Shown piece by piece: positions 29,601 to 40,659 of a stretch of DNA of 64,000 bases. The first letter of the stretch is position 1; each line of letters opens with the position of its first letter. The position numbers were made by a program, and so were the translations under genes. The stretch comes from Monocercomonoides exilis PA203. Lineage: Eukaryota > Protista > Preaxostyla. Under the pieces are notes generated by a model that worked only from the letters and a program-made list of their open reading frames with translations, ran no database searches and had not been told where the DNA came from. The stretch is from NCBI GenBank assembly GCA_001643675.2, contig LSRY02000014.1, forward strand, positions 1,612,001-1,676,000. The letters run 5' to 3'.

Positions 29601-32600
29601 TTTATCTCTCAGTCATGAAAAGCTTCTTTTCAATATAATATTCCTTAACTGTTATGAAATTTCTTTCTTTCAAAGTCTCGCTATCATATGTGTAACTTTC
29701 TTATCAATTATTCTTTCGATATTATGTAGATTCTGCATTTATCTATATCTCGCGGCTATGCGCGGCCATTTTTCCTTTGTTCGGTATATGTTTTTTTTAT
29801 TATAATGTTCCTTCATTCTTTGGAAAAATATTTAAAGAATGCACTGCTTCACTTCAAAAAATATCTTTCAATTGAAATCATATTTTTTTTCTAAAAATAA
29901 TCTCACTGCAACATGTGGATCAATCTTCTTAAATTCTTGCGATATCAAGCAATTTCTTAATATATATATATCCAGCTGCAATAGGTAGTTCTTATTCCTA
30001 ATAAATAAAAGAAATATTATGTAGTTTTATTCTTTTTTAAAAGTCTATAAAATATCATATCTTCATTTTGTTTTAATATCTCACGATTTCTCATGGTTTC
30101 AGTTTCTGAAATTGTCTCGCGGAACAACGCGGCAATATATTAAATAATTATCTCACTGTGTTTTGCAGCTTTTGTTATTGATATTATCTCTTCATAATGT
30201 GCGGCTTTCTGTTCAATTCTTTCAGCTGTGCACTATCTTCTATTCCGGGTGATGTCAAACATGTTCAGATCCTGGAAATTCTTCAATAATAATTTTCACT
30301 CTTTCCAGTTTCAAAAACAGATCTAATTCTTTTCCATCACAGTCTCTGTGTTTTATTATAACAGGTTGTAGCTTCATTTTCATTGCGGACAATTAGGATC
30401 AACTTTGAATTTGAGTATTGGAGAAGTCAGATCTTAAACCACACATTAATCGCGACCAATACTCATTATCGAGGAGCAAACCTGTTTCTCCTCGTTCTAT
30501 CAACTCAAAAATGTAATTTTTACAAAATTTGTTACAAACTCTTGAAAAATCAGAAGAATAAAAATCAAGAGAAATAAATGTTTTCATCATTATGATTCTT
30601 GCTTTGATGTGAAAAATCAATGAAAGATTTATTGATTTCTACAAACTGTTTATTCTCTGACAAATGATATTTTTCCAAAGCTTTCTTTAATTCAGAATTT
30701 GAAAAATTGGATCTTTTTTCATATTTTTAAAAATTATGAATAAATTTTTTTCCATCTGTCATGTTGATATTCAGGTTCATGAAGAATATATATTTTTGAT
30801 TCAAAAAATGGAATAAAGAAAATTGATATTTGTTCTCTTTTTCTCTTCAAATTCTTAAAAAAAACCTAAATCGAAAAGTTCATAAATAAAATAACTTGTT
30901 CCTTTTGTTTGAATCAAATCCCGCTCTTTGAGAGAGAAGTGATATGAAAATGAATAAAGATACGATAAAAAATTTCAATCAAAAAATTATCAAAAACATA
31001 GATTTTTCTCATTAATCCACATAAATGAGCTTTGCCAACAATTTCACTTTCGGGATTGTTGATTTGGTGACCTTTCTGACATTTTTGTTTCCGATTTCCA
31101 TATTGAGCATCTTTTGTCTTTTTCTCTCTCTTCTTTTCTGCGATTCAAAACAGTTATTGCGAAAAGAGAATACGAAATGTCAATTAACAGACATGTCATT
31201 TGTTTGCAATTGTGTGTTTGTAATTTTGAGTGAATTTTTATTTAATCCAGAGAAACATCAAACTTCATTTGTTGCTGAAATGTTTGTTGACCCAACAATA
31301 TCGCTCCTTCCATCCTCATTCTCGTCTTCCACATCAATTGCATCTGAGACTGTCATGATCACCCCACCAACTGGAAACTTCTGAATGAATTCCCTTTTCA
31401 TCTCAACCAGTGAAGGGCGGTTGAATGGTTGGGGAGAAAACGCATGATGCACCATTTCTGTGAATGATGTTCCCATTTCCCTTTCCAAGCTTGGCCTCTC
31501 CCCTTTCGATATCTTATCTCCTGCCACCTCTGCCTCATACTCCCCAAACGGGATATCCAGTGTCAGACACTCCCACACCATCATCCCAATCGAGAATGCC
31601 ACCGACTCCTTTGTTGCTCCCATCTTCTTGTTCATCAGCAGCTCGGGTGCCTTCCACCTCAGACACTCCTTCCTGTTGTCTTCACTATCCTCAAACGCTG
31701 ATGAAGGTGGCGGTGAGTCGGTGAATCTTTCACTCATCACTGAAATATTTGACGAGGATGAAGAAACCATGGACATCGAACAGATGGATGATGAGTCGGA
31801 ATCATCTGAAGATGAGCAGTCGGAGTGGAGGGCAATGCAGATCACCATGTGCTCCGAGAACAGCACAATGTGAGGACTCAGGTTGGCCAGCGAAGGCAAT
31901 TCTTTTTCTTCATCAAAGGAGTGAAGTGCAAGATTGGCCACCCAGAACAGGATCTGTGCAGCTGTCATCTCCCTCTCCTTCAAACTCCCAATTGCCATCT
32001 CCTTCTTCTCGTTCCTCCCATGAAGCAGCATGAACAGTGAATCCCTCAGATCCACAATCAGCTTCTCATGAGGCGATGAACAGGCCATTGCATCCACCAA
32101 GTTCGACATCGATGAGGTGGTTGGACACAGATCCCCCCCCCACGAACAAATGTTGAATCTGAATCAGTTGTTGAAGTGGATGAAGTGGATGAAATGGATG
32201 GCGATGTAGTTCTCTTCCTTATCTCTTCTTCTTTTTCATCAACCTTCTCCAGCATCCATTCTGGGATCTTGTCCGAATCTCTCCCCAGGATGTATTTGGT
32301 TGAGCCACTTTCAGACAGAAGATGCTCTGATGACTCCGAATGTTCCATATTCCTCTCATACACCCTCTTCTTTATCCTTTCTTCGTTCTTCTTCTCTGCC
32401 TCTCCCTCTGCCCTCCTCCACTGCTCCTCAGGTGACATCTCCATCGTCACCATCTCAAATGCCTTCGGATCTTTTCTGATGTTATCATTCACAATCACTT
32501 CCAATTCCTCATTTCTTTCCTTCACTTTCCTCCACCGAACAACAAATAAAATAAATCCAATCAGAACAATCAACAATATCACAACAAGCACAATCACAAT

Positions 32601-35600
32601 CAACAACCAATAAGATTTTCCTTCTTTTCCTCCTTCAACAATTCTGTCATCTCCCTTTCCTTGGGTTTCGCTTCTGTTCTTCAAGATGAAAGAATCAGTC
32701 GATGAAGGAGATTCTTTCTTTCCAAACAGAACACTCACACTCACTTCTGTCTCTTCTCCTGCATTGTTTATTGTTTCAATGGGGACTTTTCCATCCACTT
32801 CATTTTCGGAGACATATCCTTCTTCATTGAATTCATATCTTTCCACAACATCTTCATCACCAACTTGTTTCACAATCTTGAACGATATGTTGCATGGAAG
32901 CAACAGCTTTCCCTTGAACCTCAGAAGAAGTTCTGCTCCCATCTCTTCTATTTCGACGATTTCCAACTCTGGAACGAAGAAGGATGTCAATCTCTCGGTA
33001 ACAATCCCGCTCAATTCACATCCTTCATTCAATATCCAAAGAGATGAATCATCCTTCAATCCATCTCCTCCTTTCAGACTCATCACGTTCAACACTCCTG
33101 AATCCGAGCAGATAATGTTTCTTCTGATTGAAGGATATTTTTCAATAAATGGATTATTGTTGTCAAACTTGCCATCTTCAATCTCCACACTTCCTCCGCT
33201 AATTGCAAGTCCACCTTCTGGTGTATTTGTTATTGTTGTATCTTTCATTTTCATATTGCAACTTATTGCTTCCAAAGCTGATCCATTCCATTTGCATATC
33301 TCATTCTCGTTGTCATTTTCATTCAAAATTCTTTCCTTCATAAATTCTCTTTCATTCGTGTTACCATCAAAAAGGCAGCTCTCAATCACTGTATTTGCAC
33401 TCTCCTTCACAGAAATGCATTTTCCCTTTCCTTCTCTATTTGTGACAAGAATATTTCTCAATGAACAATTCGTTAGCTGCACCATCTTTTTCATTTTCAA
33501 ACATGATATCAACGATGCCCAATTTTCAGTTGAAGTTATATTTGTTGCACTCATTTTTTCTATAGTCAATTGCTCTCCTTCAACTGTATTAACAAGGTTT
33601 GTCCCCATCGCGAGATCGAAAAAGTCACACGAAATCAAAGAAAGGATTGCAGATTGAAACATACAGACAGCCGAATCAGACAGTGAAAGATCTGACACCA
33701 TACAGCCCTCAAGCATGCATTCACCTCTCTCAATTCGCACAATGCAAAATGGAATATTCGCTTGTGCTTGATCTCCCATTCCCTCTGTGACTTTGGTGCT
33801 GAATGTGCAGTTTGTCACTTCCAGCAATCCTCCTTCAGGGAAAAGAAGAATAGAATGAAATGAAGCAAACTCCGGCTCAAACACAAATTTCAGTCTTGAC
33901 ATTGACACAGCGCCTGTTGTTTCTATCAGAGCCTCTCGGGAACATTCGATCGCAGGACACACTTCCACAACGCACAATCCTCGACCTCTCGAACTCAGAC
34001 TCATCTCTTCCAGCTGCAGCTCCCCGTTGATCACACTTGCTCCATCTGCAAACACAAGGCTCATGAACTCTGATGTCAGGTGCATCAGCCCATAATCAAT
34101 TGAATAGCACGGAAGAGTGTACGTGCCACACTGGCGCTCATTCGACCCATTCTCGCTCGACACAATAATCGTATCGCTCTGATGGATCGTGATGAAATCG
34201 ATCAAGTTTGTATCTCCAGTGTGCTCAGTCACATCAGCCCCATATATCGCATTCAGCTGAACATAATACTTCTCTCTCAGATCGAAATGAAACTGAGTTT
34301 CATTAATCTGGCTCGTGATGTTATAGCACTTGATAAAAATATCGTTTCCCACGCCTGCTGTGTTTGCACTCCAATTCATCTTCTCAAACACAAAATTCAG
34401 CCTTCCTGTTTCTCTGCTTCTCAAATACACTCCTCCTCCTTTCCCTTTCTGGCTGCAACAGCACCGACTTATCGTAGACTTCGAAATGTGAAATGCCCCA
34501 GACCCACTTAACACAAATAGCATCACTCCGCCTTTCTCGCATGCTTCTGCTTTGTTGTCCACAAACAAACTGTCCTCAATCCTCAGCTCAATCCCGCTCT
34601 CTCCTTTCATCTCACACACGCTTGCTCCATCATCGCTTCTTTTCATCCCCACAAAAGAGCAATTCTCAATCAAAATGCTGCTCATTTCTTTCCCATAGTT
34701 TGTGCATATTTGCTCCTCAGTTTCCTTCACTGTGAAAACACATCCTTCTGTTTCATTCAGAGATGAGCAATGAACACTCTCCATTGTGCAAGCAACACCA
34801 ACTTCATTGATCACAAAAACACTGCTTCCAACACTGCTGGAGTCCATCAACAAATCTTTCTCAACCAGTTCTCCTGCGCCCATCGCCACAAACACGCATC
34901 TGCTTGGAGTGCTTTGCTGAGCATCGGAGCGAAATGAGCATTCAGTCATTTCCAACTTCCCAGCTCTATTTGCAACTGCAGTTCTGCAAACATTATCAAC
35001 TCCAGTTCTCAAGTGAAGTGCAATGAATGTGAACGAAAGTGATTTCTGATTCACCAAATAGCAATCCAGTCCATCTTCAACTGCCTTCTCCAAAAACAGC
35101 ACAGCCTTTTCATTTTCTTCACCCATTGTCCCCGCTTTTTCAAACTTGAAGCTGGACGCATTGAATGAATCTTGAATGATGGTTGATCCTTCAATCTGAA
35201 TTGTTTTCATTTCTTCTCCGTCTTTCATGTTTTTCATTCCTTTCCAAAGTGTTCTGCATGGCTCTTCCTTGCTTCCACACCTCTCCACATCAAATCCATT
35301 CGATGAGATAAATATCTCAAATGAGTTGTATGGAACGAGGAACATAAATAAATCTTTGTCTGCATGAATGTTGTCGCTCCCAACAAACAGCAATCCGTCT
35401 TCCTTCATCGACTCATAATCAAATCTGAATGTATCTTCCCTCACTGTGCTGTTCAAATCAGCTGCCAAAATAAACATATTCTTTCCTATTTCTGCTCTGT
35501 TCTTGTCAAACTTCACACCAATATCCAGAAGCAAAGGCATGCTGTTGCTGCTGCTGCATTTCTGGCAATTCAAAAACAAAAACCCTCCTCTGCTGCGATC

Positions 35601-36771
35601 AGCTGATAGCGAGCAGACTGACGTATTAATATCCTTGATCGCAACATATTCTTCTTCTTTCAATATCACGTTCATCACACCCCCTTCATTGCCTCCGGTA
35701 TTCTCTAATTGAGAGAAGTTGCAGCGTTCAAGCTCCAGCGAAGATGAAGCCACAAACGGAGAAATAGCAAACAGACAACATTGCAGTGAGCACCCTATCA
35801 TCGAGCATGTCCCATTCGTTGTTTTCACAAGCGAGAATTCAACCACGTCTGCCACCATCACAGCAAAAGAGCAATTCTCAAATCGAAGCTTTCCGCTCGA
35901 CAAGATAAGTGACATCAATTTCGCCTCAAATGATGAAGGAATTTCAAGCTTCAGAGAAAGCAAACTGAGTGAATTGCTCGAAGCAATCACTGAAGTCATG
36001 CCACTTCCAGTTGTTGAGCTGGCAAAGTGAATGAGCTTCCATTTCACCTCTTCCTCTTCATTCACATGACCATCAAAAGCCACCTCTTCATCAAACATGA
36101 AGCAATCTTCAACTCTGCTTTCATCCATCACAACCAGTCTCCTTTCAGTTCCCTCTTCATTCCCACAAATATGGTTAATCCCACTCCACACAGAACAACA
36201 AGGAAAAATCTCGCTTCCACACCCAGCTGCATCATATCCCTCCGAAGACACAAACACTTCCTCCGCCTTTCTTTCAACAAGAAACAACCGAAGATCCACA
36301 CTTTCTTCAAACCGATCTCGATCCCTTCCTTTCATATCAACAAACACTCCTTCTTCGTCTTCATACTCAAATCCAAACCTCGCGCTTGTCACCGTTTCGT
36401 TCAGTTTCTTGCATGAGACAAACAAATCCTTCCCTTCAAACGCTTGGTTGCCTTTGAATCGCACTTCTGAAAATCTGATGTTGTTCTCGCTTTCATCCAA
36501 CACATCCAAATACACTCCTCCTCCTCTTCCTTCATTTTCATCTGCTGCACATTTCAGAAATGATACAGCTTCAACTTTGATTTGATCATTCATTCCCAAT
36601 TCGCATCTGATGCATCCACCTTGCATGCTTTCAGTTTGAATATCCTCAAAAGAGCTCTCTTCATTGATGCTCAATTTGGCTCCTCTTTTCGACACAAAAC
36701 ATGAGCTCAATCCCACAATGCATTTCGTAACTGTTGAATTTTGCAAGGACACATCAGATCCTGCTTCGTTC

Positions 36772-36842
36772 ATTGAAAAAGAAAATGTGAATCTCACTTC
36801 CTTCTCTTCTATTTACGAGAGCATCACTTAAGGGTCAGTCAC
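36772..36842 (-). repeat. DIRS 3' inverted terminal repeat (perfect 51-bp core 36792-36842 plus outer end)
   Basis: TCTCACTTCCTTCTCTTCTATTTACGAGAGCATCACTTAAGGGTCAGTCAC is the exact reverse complement of 41382-41432. Confidence 0.97.
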
Positions 36843-37029
36843 CCAACTGATCTGAAATGCAAAAATAGTAATAGATTACAACGGTGATGTGAAATAGCTA
36901 AAAAGGATAGAAACATTAAAAAACATAACAATGTTATGGCGCTCCTTACATATCACGCCTGAAGAAGAAGGAAGATGGGTCATTAACAGAATCTGTTTAT
37001 AATAAGGGTGGGAGTGTATCGAGGCGGGA

Positions 37030-37134
37030 AGAAGAGAAGGAAGTGAGATTCACATTTTCTTTTTCAATCAAAGCGCAAGCACTTTGATTCAAAAGAAAAC
37101 ATTCTCTCACTTCCTTCTCTTCTATTTACGAGAG
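37030..37134. repeat. DIRS internal complementary region (ICR)
   Basis: 37030-37068 = revcomp of 36772-36810 and 37066-37134 = revcomp of 41403-41471; the two halves overlap at AAT (37066-37068). Confidence 0.97.
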
Positions 37135-37185
37135 AGTTCCATAATTGGGAGAATACTCTGCTGTTGTTATTATTTGATTGACCTC

Positions 37186-40100
37186 TTATTTGTCATCCCT
37201 CAGCAATTGTTCGAGCTGCTCACGTTTGGCTTGCGCTCTGGTTTTAATTGTTATCTCAATTGTTTTCTTCTGGACAACTTCTCTAACTAGTCTTTTCTCA
37301 CGAAAATTCCTTCTTTCATACTCTTTATTACTGTTCTCGTCTGGCTCCTCTACGTAGTCTGGCTTTGATGGTTCTTCTTCGTCGTTGTAGATCGTTTGGC
37401 TTCTGTTGTCATATTGCAGATTAGGTTTTCCCAACTTGATCCTGATTCCTTTTTCGCTCTCGATGTTGTCAGACTTTGAGTTCAGACTGTAGTCCTCCTC
37501 ATCTTTCTCTTCGTCAGTTGACGAAGAGTCCTCAATATCTTCTGAACTTGAATTGTCATCAAAAGTAATTTTAGGTTTGCGAAGAGTTTGCAGACTTAAA
37601 GGTGATGACTGGGTCTGGGAGGAAGTTGCATTAATAGCCGCTTGATCTGCAATCACTTTCGCACAGGATGTGGCGATATCTTTTTGAAAATAGTAATTGA
37701 TAATGGTATCGCTTCGTGGAGACAGCCTTGCGAACTTTGCCACTTGCGCTATTGGTAGTCCAGCCATTGTCAATGCAGATATTGAGGCATGCTTTATCGA
37801 GTAAGGACCGAAATAATTCGGTATACCTGTCTCGTGAAGGAGATTTGCAACAAGTTTTCTCAGCACTCTTGCGGAAAGTGGAATCTTTGTGCGATCGTTA
37901 ATAAACAAGTGGTCAGGGTTGTCTTGAAGTTTGCTTATTCTGGACCACAATTCACACACTGCTGAGGCAGGACATATTGAAGGAGTATCTGTGAGAAACG
38001 GTATTATTATGTCTGTTCTTTCGGGCCCTGTTTTCAGCGAAGTATCCAATGCAATTGAATCTTCTCTCACTGCAGAATGTTTCAGACTAATCCGCTCGAG
38101 CTCGGTGAACCGGCAGGCGGAGAATAGCATGCAAAGACAAATTGTTTTCTTCGTGAGAGTAGTGAAGGATAAGTTCGCGTTCTCGCCTAGCCCCGATATA
38201 TAATCAAGAAGTATTTTGGGGTTCCATATATCAGGCTTCTTTTTCTTCTTCCTCCTTTCCAATCTTTTAAATGATCGGAAGAGAAGCTTCATAAGCGGGT
38301 AATCTCCCAAACTTCTCTCGAATAATAATTGAGAAATGAGAGAGATGGCAGATCGTATTTTACAAAGGGATTGCTCCTTCAGCCCCTTGTTGAAAAGCTT
38401 AAGGAAAACATCGGCACATCTAACGACCCAATTGAACCAATCTCCAACAGAAAGACCATAGCCGCAGTTTGTCCACTGGTCTCCGAAATGAGCATAACTG
38501 AGTAAGTACCCATGCCACGTCGAAGGCGAAAGACTGGATTTGCACAGATCACATATATCCATTGGAAATCCTCTTGTTTGCAAAACTCCTTTGAACCAGT
38601 GTTCTCCATTGATCGCTAAGGATTCATCAGTACAACTCGAAGCTTCCCTGGTGGCAGGCAAGCATCCATCCTCTTCATCCATGGTCCCGGGGTAAGAAGT
38701 TCGCTCTGGCTCTTCCACATCCATTCTATATGGGTCGTTCTTTTCAACAACGGCTCCCATATTTGTCCCTTCCAATCGGGAAGAAGGAGAAGACCTCGAG
38801 CTTGTTCGAGAATCATTTTCCTGATTGTCGGAAGAATGAGAGGAATTGGAGGATGAGCAAGAACTGTCTCTCCTCGCCAAGGCTGCTGCAGACCGTCTTC
38901 GTTTATCGGGCTTCCTGGCCCGCACCATCTGCTCACTTTCTTGTTTTGTTTTGTGGCGAAAGCGTCCAACGTTATGTTCAATCTCATCTTCGTTACAAGC
39001 TCCTGGTAGGATTCTTGCTTTATCTGATAGTCGCCTCCCCTTTCTAGCCTGGAAAGAGAATCGGCCCTTTCGTTTCTTTGACCGGGGATGTGTTGCGCTT
39101 TCACTTGAATCTGCATCGTGTGCGTTTGTTTCCAAATCTTTAATAGGAGTCTTCTCAAATTCGCTCCTGCCCGCCACCTGTTCAGGTTGAACACCGATGT
39201 TGAGTTGTCCGATCTGATAAGTAGTTTGTGGATGCGATTGGATAACAGAATTGGGGAAAAGTGAGTTAGAGCAGACAAAATTGCGAACATCTCCCGATAG
39301 TTTGAACTTTGGTTTCTTTGCCAATAGGGGAGTCTGCGATGAAAATCCAAAATACTGTTTCCGATTCTTAAATAAGCTCCCACAGCTTTTCTGGAAGCAT
39401 CCGTCGTAAGTGTTGCATCTGGAAGAAAGAGTGGGCACAGTTGCCTTGGTGTGTTGGTTTTCAATCTCGACATCCATTTGGTTAGATTGTGGAGTATGGA
39501 CGGGTTGATCCTCATCTTCCCTCTCCATCCTACCATCGAAACCATTTTGTTTAAGGTGCGATAAAGATCTGAAAGAAACAGAGAAGCTTCTCGAACCACG
39601 AACCTTGTAGCGTTCAGCTTTCCAATGAACGCTGCAAGGTCTCTTACTCTCACTTCTTTCGCTCTGAGGGACCTCCTCCTCCATCTGGTACATTCCTTTA
39701 TAAGTTCTTTCGTTCTCCTCATTTCCAGAGCTACATTGAACTGGTGCGTGTTCCAATCGAAACCCAAATAGGTGAAAGTTTGCGAGGGAATCAAATGACT
39801 CTTTTCTGTATTTACCAGAAGACCAAGGCTTTCGAAAAGAGAAACGACTTTCTGAGTTATCCATTTTAATTTCTTTTGATCTTGGTGAAGAAGAATAATA
39901 TCGTCGAGGTACGCGATTGCTCTTACGTTCCATCGCTCCCGGATGAATTGTATCACCTTCCTCATGATTTTTGTAAAGATTCTTGGAGAATCTTTGTATC
40001 CAAAAGGCATTCCGTTGAAACAGTAGTAATTTTCGTTGAATTCGAACGCAAGAAACGGCTTGAAGTTGTCGTCCACTTTCACTAAATAGTAGGCCTGGCT

Positions 40101-40659
40101 TAGGTCTAAAGTTGTTGCATAATCTCCTCTTGTTATAATTCGTTCTAGTGACCTGTAATCCTCCAGTTTGAAATGGATTGACTTCGTTGCATTGTTCAAC
40201 GCTCTGCAATCGATAATTTGTCTCCATCCCCCTTGTTTTTTCTTTATCACAAACACTGGATTTAAATGTTTCACCTTTCTTTTCTGTATTTTTTGTATTA
40301 TGTTCGTTTCGAGCTGATTCTGGATCAGCTTTGCCATCGCTTTGGTAGCTTCCCCTGATTGATGGGGGCTGTATGTTTCCATTTTTGAGTTTAGTAATTT
40401 CTCCCTGGCTTTCCTGTTTTTCCAAATTGGAATGACGCCTCTTTTTACCAACTTCTCTCCATCTATCATTCTCCACGCTTCTCGAAAATATTCCGTTCTT
40501 CCTCCAACAATTGAAGGTGACTGGCTTAGTTGGTTCTCGTTCCCCTGGATCGCGGTTGAGAAGGACTTCTGCTGTATGTATTTGAGGATTTTCTCCCTGC
40601 CCACGACCGGGGACCCGAACGAAAAAACTGAGGGCGTTGGTAGCTTTCATGTTTTCCAT
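37186..40659 (-). CDS. DIRS ORF3: tyrosine recombinase (C-terminal part, ~38600-37650) with a long N-terminal extension overlapping the RT ORF
   Basis: SLSPSTWHGY, LTKKTICLCMLFSACRFTEL, SLKT, CPASAV, PYSIKHASIS, ARLSPRSDTIINYY; first ATG at 40659. Confidence 0.9.
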   Translation of the reverse strand: MENMKATNALSFFVRVPGRGQGENPQIHTAEVLLNRDPGEREPTKPVTFNCWRKNGIFSRSVENDRWREVGKKRRHSNLEKQESQGEITKLKNGNIQPPSIRGSYQSDGKADPESARNEHNTKNTEKKGETFKSSVCDKEKTRGMETNYRLQSVEQCNEVNPFQTGGLQVTRTNYNKRRLCNNFRPKPGLLFSESGRQLQAVSCVRIQRKLLLFQRNAFWIQRFSKNLYKNHEEGDTIHPGAMERKSNRVPRRYYSSSPRSKEIKMDNSESRFSFRKPWSSGKYRKESFDSLANFHLFGFRLEHAPVQCSSGNEENERTYKGMYQMEEEVPQSERSESKRPCSVHWKAERYKVRGSRSFSVSFRSLSHLKQNGFDGRMEREDEDQPVHTPQSNQMDVEIENQHTKATVPTLSSRCNTYDGCFQKSCGSLFKNRKQYFGFSSQTPLLAKKPKFKLSGDVRNFVCSNSLFPNSVIQSHPQTTYQIGQLNIGVQPEQVAGRSEFEKTPIKDLETNAHDADSSESATHPRSKKRKGRFSFQARKGRRLSDKARILPGACNEDEIEHNVGRFRHKTKQESEQMVRARKPDKRRRSAAALARRDSSCSSSNSSHSSDNQENDSRTSSRSSPSSRLEGTNMGAVVEKNDPYRMDVEEPERTSYPGTMDEEDGCLPATREASSCTDESLAINGEHWFKGVLQTRGFPMDICDLCKSSLSPSTWHGYLLSYAHFGDQWTNCGYGLSVGDWFNWVVRCADVFLKLFNKGLKEQSLCKIRSAISLISQLLFERSLGDYPLMKLLFRSFKRLERRKKKKKPDIWNPKILLDYISGLGENANLSFTTLTKKTICLCMLFSACRFTELERISLKHSAVREDSIALDTSLKTGPERTDIIIPFLTDTPSICPASAVCELWSRISKLQDNPDHLFINDRTKIPLSARVLRKLVANLLHETGIPNYFGPYSIKHASISALTMAGLPIAQVAKFARLSPRSDTIINYYFQKDIATSCAKVIADQAAINATSSQTQSSPLSLQTLRKPKITFDDNSSSEDIEDSSSTDEEKDEEDYSLNSKSDNIESEKGIRIKLGKPNLQYDNRSQTIYNDEEEPSKPDYVEEPDENSNKEYERRNFREKRLVREVVQKKTIEITIKTRAQAKREQLEQLLRDDK
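38616..40646 (-). CDS. DIRS ORF2: reverse transcriptase - RNase H - Dam-like methyltransferase domain
   Basis: RT: VGGRTEYFREAW, PVFVIKKKQGGWRQIIDCRALN, LDLSQAYY, MPFGYKDSPRIF, YLDD. RNase H: TTDAS, NYREM, IRSDN, HIPGQRNERADSLSR. MT: LDAFAT...DGLQQPW...AHPPI. The frame opens at 40646; first ATG at 40469. Confidence 0.97.
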   Translation of the reverse strand, partial: KLPTPSVFSFGSPVVGREKILKYIQQKSFSTAIQGNENQLSQSPSIVGGRTEYFREAWRMIDGEKLVKRGVIPIWKNRKAREKLLNSKMETYSPHQSGEATKAMAKLIQNQLETNIIQKIQKRKVKHLNPVFVIKKKQGGWRQIIDCRALNNATKSIHFKLEDYRSLERIITRGDYATTLDLSQAYYLVKVDDNFKPFLAFEFNENYYCFNGMPFGYKDSPRIFTKIMRKVIQFIRERWNVRAIAYLDDIILLHQDQKKLKWITQKVVSLFESLGLLVNTEKSHLIPSQTFTYLGFDWNTHQFNVALEMRRTKELIKECTRWRRRSLRAKEVRVRDLAAFIGKLNATRFVVREASLFLSDLYRTLNKMVSMVGWRGKMRINPSILHNLTKWMSRLKTNTPRQLCPLFLPDATLTTDASRKAVGAYLRIGNSILDFHRRLPYWQRNQSSNYREMFAILSALTHFSPILLSNRIHKLLIRSDNSTSVFNLNRWRAGANLRRLLLKIWKQTHTMQIQVKAQHIPGQRNERADSLSRLERGGDYQIKQESYQELVTKMRLNITLDAFATKQNKKVSRWCGPGSPINEDGLQQPWRGETVLAHPPIPLILPTIRKMILEQARGLLLLPDWKGQIWEPLLKRTTHIEWMWKSQSELLTPGPWMKRMDACLPPGKLRVVLMNP

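Noticed and set aside
36955-37000. CTGAAGA as a hammerhead ribozyme core
   Set aside because: No flanking helices or correctly placed GAAA could be built, and it is antisense to the element.
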